Assembly: GCA_040756435.1 (NCBI GenBank)
Contig: JBFLZD010000007.1
Span: 18,099-82,098, forward strand
Direction: 5' to 3'
DNA: 64,000 nucleotides
Source of the DNA: Spirochaetota bacterium
GTDB lineage: Bacteria; Spirochaetota; UBA4802; UB4802
Shown here: positions 62,249-64,000 of the stretch, piece by piece
How positions within the stretch are numbered: position 1 is the stretch's first letter
How the letters are laid out: every line of letters begins with the position of its first letter
Notes under the pieces: generated by a model
What the model was told of the DNA's origin: nothing
The model's database searches: none
The model's input: the letters and a program-made list of their open reading frames with translations, nothing else
Program-made: the position numbers and the translations under genes

Positions 62249-63217
62249 ATGGTAAATGAAAACAATATAACACTAACAGTCCCCGAAGAATATGCTGGGA
62301 CCCGCATTGATGTGTTTATTTACAATGCACTTGAAGAGGAACTATCGCGAAGCTTTATACAAAAACTATTAAAAAACAACCATATTACAATACACGGAAT
62401 GCCTGTAAAACCAAATTACAGGGTAAAACCAGATCAACAAATACATATTCTCATCCCACAGCCTGAAAAATCAACCATTGAACCCGAGGATATACCCTTG
62501 CATATTTTGTATGAAGATAACGATATTGCCATACTCCATAAACCTGCAGGGATGGTAGTGCATCCTGGTGCCGGCAACACCCAGCACACATTGGTAAATG
62601 CTTTGCTATATCACTTTAAGGGCCTTTCTTCAATTGGTGGTGTTGAAAGACCAGGTATTGTCCACAGGCTTGATAAAGACACTGAAGGCCTTATGATCAT
62701 AGCAAAAAATGATACTGCACACAATGTGCTTACAAAATCATTCCAGAGCAGAAATGTCATCAAAAAATATGAGGCGATAGTTACCGGAAAACCATCCATA
62801 CCAACCCTTACAATCAACAAACCCATAGAACGCCATCCCAAATATGGCCATAAAATGACTGTACGTGATGATGGCAAAGAAGCCATAACTCATTATACAC
62901 TTCGCCAAGTATGGCACACACCGCACGGTGTATTCTCACATCTGAACATACAGATATTTACAGGAAGAACACACCAGATAAGGGTTCATTTATCTTCGAT
63001 AGGGCTTCCCATTGTTGGCGACAAGCTTTATTCCAAGAAATGGGAAAAATATAATGTCCCATTCATGTTGCTTGCTTCAACCTATTTAGCATTTGAACAT
63101 CCAGTTACGGGGAAACTTCTACAATTTTCTATTGACTTACCACAGCACATGAAGGATTTTATAAAAAAGATTAACACGATGGCATTTGAACACATAAAAA
63201 CAGAGCACTATGACTAA
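62249..63217 (+). CDS. rluD: 23S rRNA pseudouridine synthase, RluA family (RluD-like)
   Basis: S4-like N-domain and catalytic HRLDKDTEGLMIIAKN motif. The ORF is open from 62195 but the Met at 62249 (MVNENNITL) is the likely start. Confidence 0.85.
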   Translation: MVNENNITLTVPEEYAGTRIDVFIYNALEEELSRSFIQKLLKNNHITIHGMPVKPNYRVKPDQQIHILIPQPEKSTIEPEDIPLHILYEDNDIAILHKPAGMVVHPGAGNTQHTLVNALLYHFKGLSSIGGVERPGIVHRLDKDTEGLMIIAKNDTAHNVLTKSFQSRNVIKKYEAIVTGKPSIPTLTINKPIERHPKYGHKMTVRDDGKEAITHYTLRQVWHTPHGVFSHLNIQIFTGRTHQIRVHLSSIGLPIVGDKLYSKKWEKYNVPFMLLASTYLAFEHPVTGKLLQFSIDLPQHMKDFIKKINTMAFEHIKTEHYD

Positions 63218-63638
63218 AACTACATACATAACACAATCACCAGAGGAAACATTAACATTAGGCATTGAACTGGGTAAAAATGCAAAACCTGGTAATATTT
63301 TTGCACTTATTGGCAATTTAGGAACAGGAAAAACTATCCTTGCTAAAGGCATTGCACAAGGCTTGGGGATAAAAGAAGAAATCACCAGCCCAACATTTAC
63401 CTTGCTTGAAGTGTATGAATCAACATTGCCTTTATATCACTTTGACCTTTACCGAATATCTGATGATGCTGAGCTTGAAAACCTATTTTTTGAGGAATAC
63501 TGGTTTGGTGATGGTGTTTCGGTTATTGAATGGGCTGACCGAGCCCTAAAACGACTTCCCCAGGACACATACATCATCACATTGGAATACATGGATACAC
63601 AAAGGAGGAAAATTACCATTGAACATTCTGCTTCTTGA
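63210..63638 (+). CDS. tsaE: tRNA threonylcarbamoyladenosine biosynthesis ATPase TsaE (YjeE)
   Basis: P-loop ALIGNLGTGKT, conserved TSPTF and DLYR motifs. 8-bp overlap with rluD. Confidence 0.85.
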   Translation: MTKTTYITQSPEETLTLGIELGKNAKPGNIFALIGNLGTGKTILAKGIAQGLGIKEEITSPTFTLLEVYESTLPLYHFDLYRISDDAELENLFFEEYWFGDGVSVIEWADRALKRLPQDTYIITLEYMDTQRRKITIEHSAS

Positions 63639-64000
63639 TACAGCAACAAATATTGAAATTGTGGCACTGAGCTACAACGGTGTAGTAGCAGATAAAACCA
63701 TGCAAACGCACCATTCACATTCAGTTACCCTATTTGACACTATTGACAGTGCATGCAAAGAGGTAAACACCACAATACACAGCATCCAGTGTATAGGCGT
63801 TGGCATTGGGCCCGGTTCATTCACTGGAATCAGAATAGCAGTTACCACTGCGCGCATGCTGGCACAGATTTTACAGGTACCGCTGGTAGGCATACCAACC
63901 CAGCTTCTTTTTGCATGTGCGATAGTTCCTAGTAATGCCCATTGCATCGTAGCATTTGATGCAAAGAAAGGAAGAGTCTTTGCTGCTCGTTATCATCTAA
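63619..64000 (+). CDS. tsaB: tRNA threonylcarbamoyladenosine biosynthesis protein TsaB (YeaZ), 3' end outside window; TTG start
   Basis: LNILLLDTATNIEIVALSYNG...GVGIGPGSFTGIRIAVTTARMLAQ. RBS AAAGGAGG at 63601. Frame open to the window end. Confidence 0.8.
   Translation, partial: MNILLLDTATNIEIVALSYNGVVADKTMQTHHSHSVTLFDTIDSACKEVNTTIHSIQCIGVGIGPGSFTGIRIAVTTARMLAQILQVPLVGIPTQLLFACAIVPSNAHCIVAFDAKKGRVFAARYHL

Overview
This window is an AT-rich (about 35% GC) bacterial chromosomal segment with roughly 60 genes and short intergenic spacers. Gene order is operon-like, with several 4-8 bp start/stop overlaps. Most genes are housekeeping. They include a Na/Pi cotransporter, Lon protease, glutamate racemase, a CimA/LeuA-family synthase, an aconitase-family enzyme, a class I aminotransferase, ArgB, a UDP-sugar pyrophosphorylase, GlpX, a flgB-flgC-fliE flagellar rod operon, tRNA-Pro(GGG), bacterioferritin, MgtE, a KefB-type antiporter, an NfeD/SPFH pair, RluD and TsaE/TsaB. 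Signalling genes are prominent: two 7TMR-DISM receptors (one with a methyl-accepting chemotaxis output, one with a PP2C phosphatase output) and a PAS-GHKL protein. The overall gene content looks spirochete-like, possibly Leptospira-like, but I cannot confirm that from sequence alone. I did not find a CRISPR array, integrase, transposase or prophage. The features that are not explained by ordinary annotation are listed here. First, a dispersed family of GC-rich palindromic intergenic elements: two near-perfect GCGGCG hairpins plus two larger GTCATTGCGAG-type composite elements, one with perfect 15-bp terminal inverted repeats, and a shared 45-nt conserved leader. Second, a radical-SAM/SPASM enzyme fused to a degenerate cytidylyltransferase-like N-domain, next to SpsF/SpsG-like sugar-nucleotide genes. 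Third, a coiled-coil protein with three perfect 42-bp tandem repeats and a C-terminal PD-(D/E)XK-like motif. Fourth, an 806-aa membrane-anchored coiled-coil protein ending in a helix-turn-helix. Fifth, a four-gene operon: SAM methyltransferase, two small unknown proteins and an Ogg2-like DNA glycosylase. Sixth, a PlsC-acyltransferase/alpha-beta-hydrolase fusion. Seventh, a truncated YibE/F remnant. Eighth, an 880-bp ORF-free region upstream of flgB carrying a 49-nt tandem duplication. I cannot name a single previously undescribed system with confidence, so the candidates are ranked in the findings.
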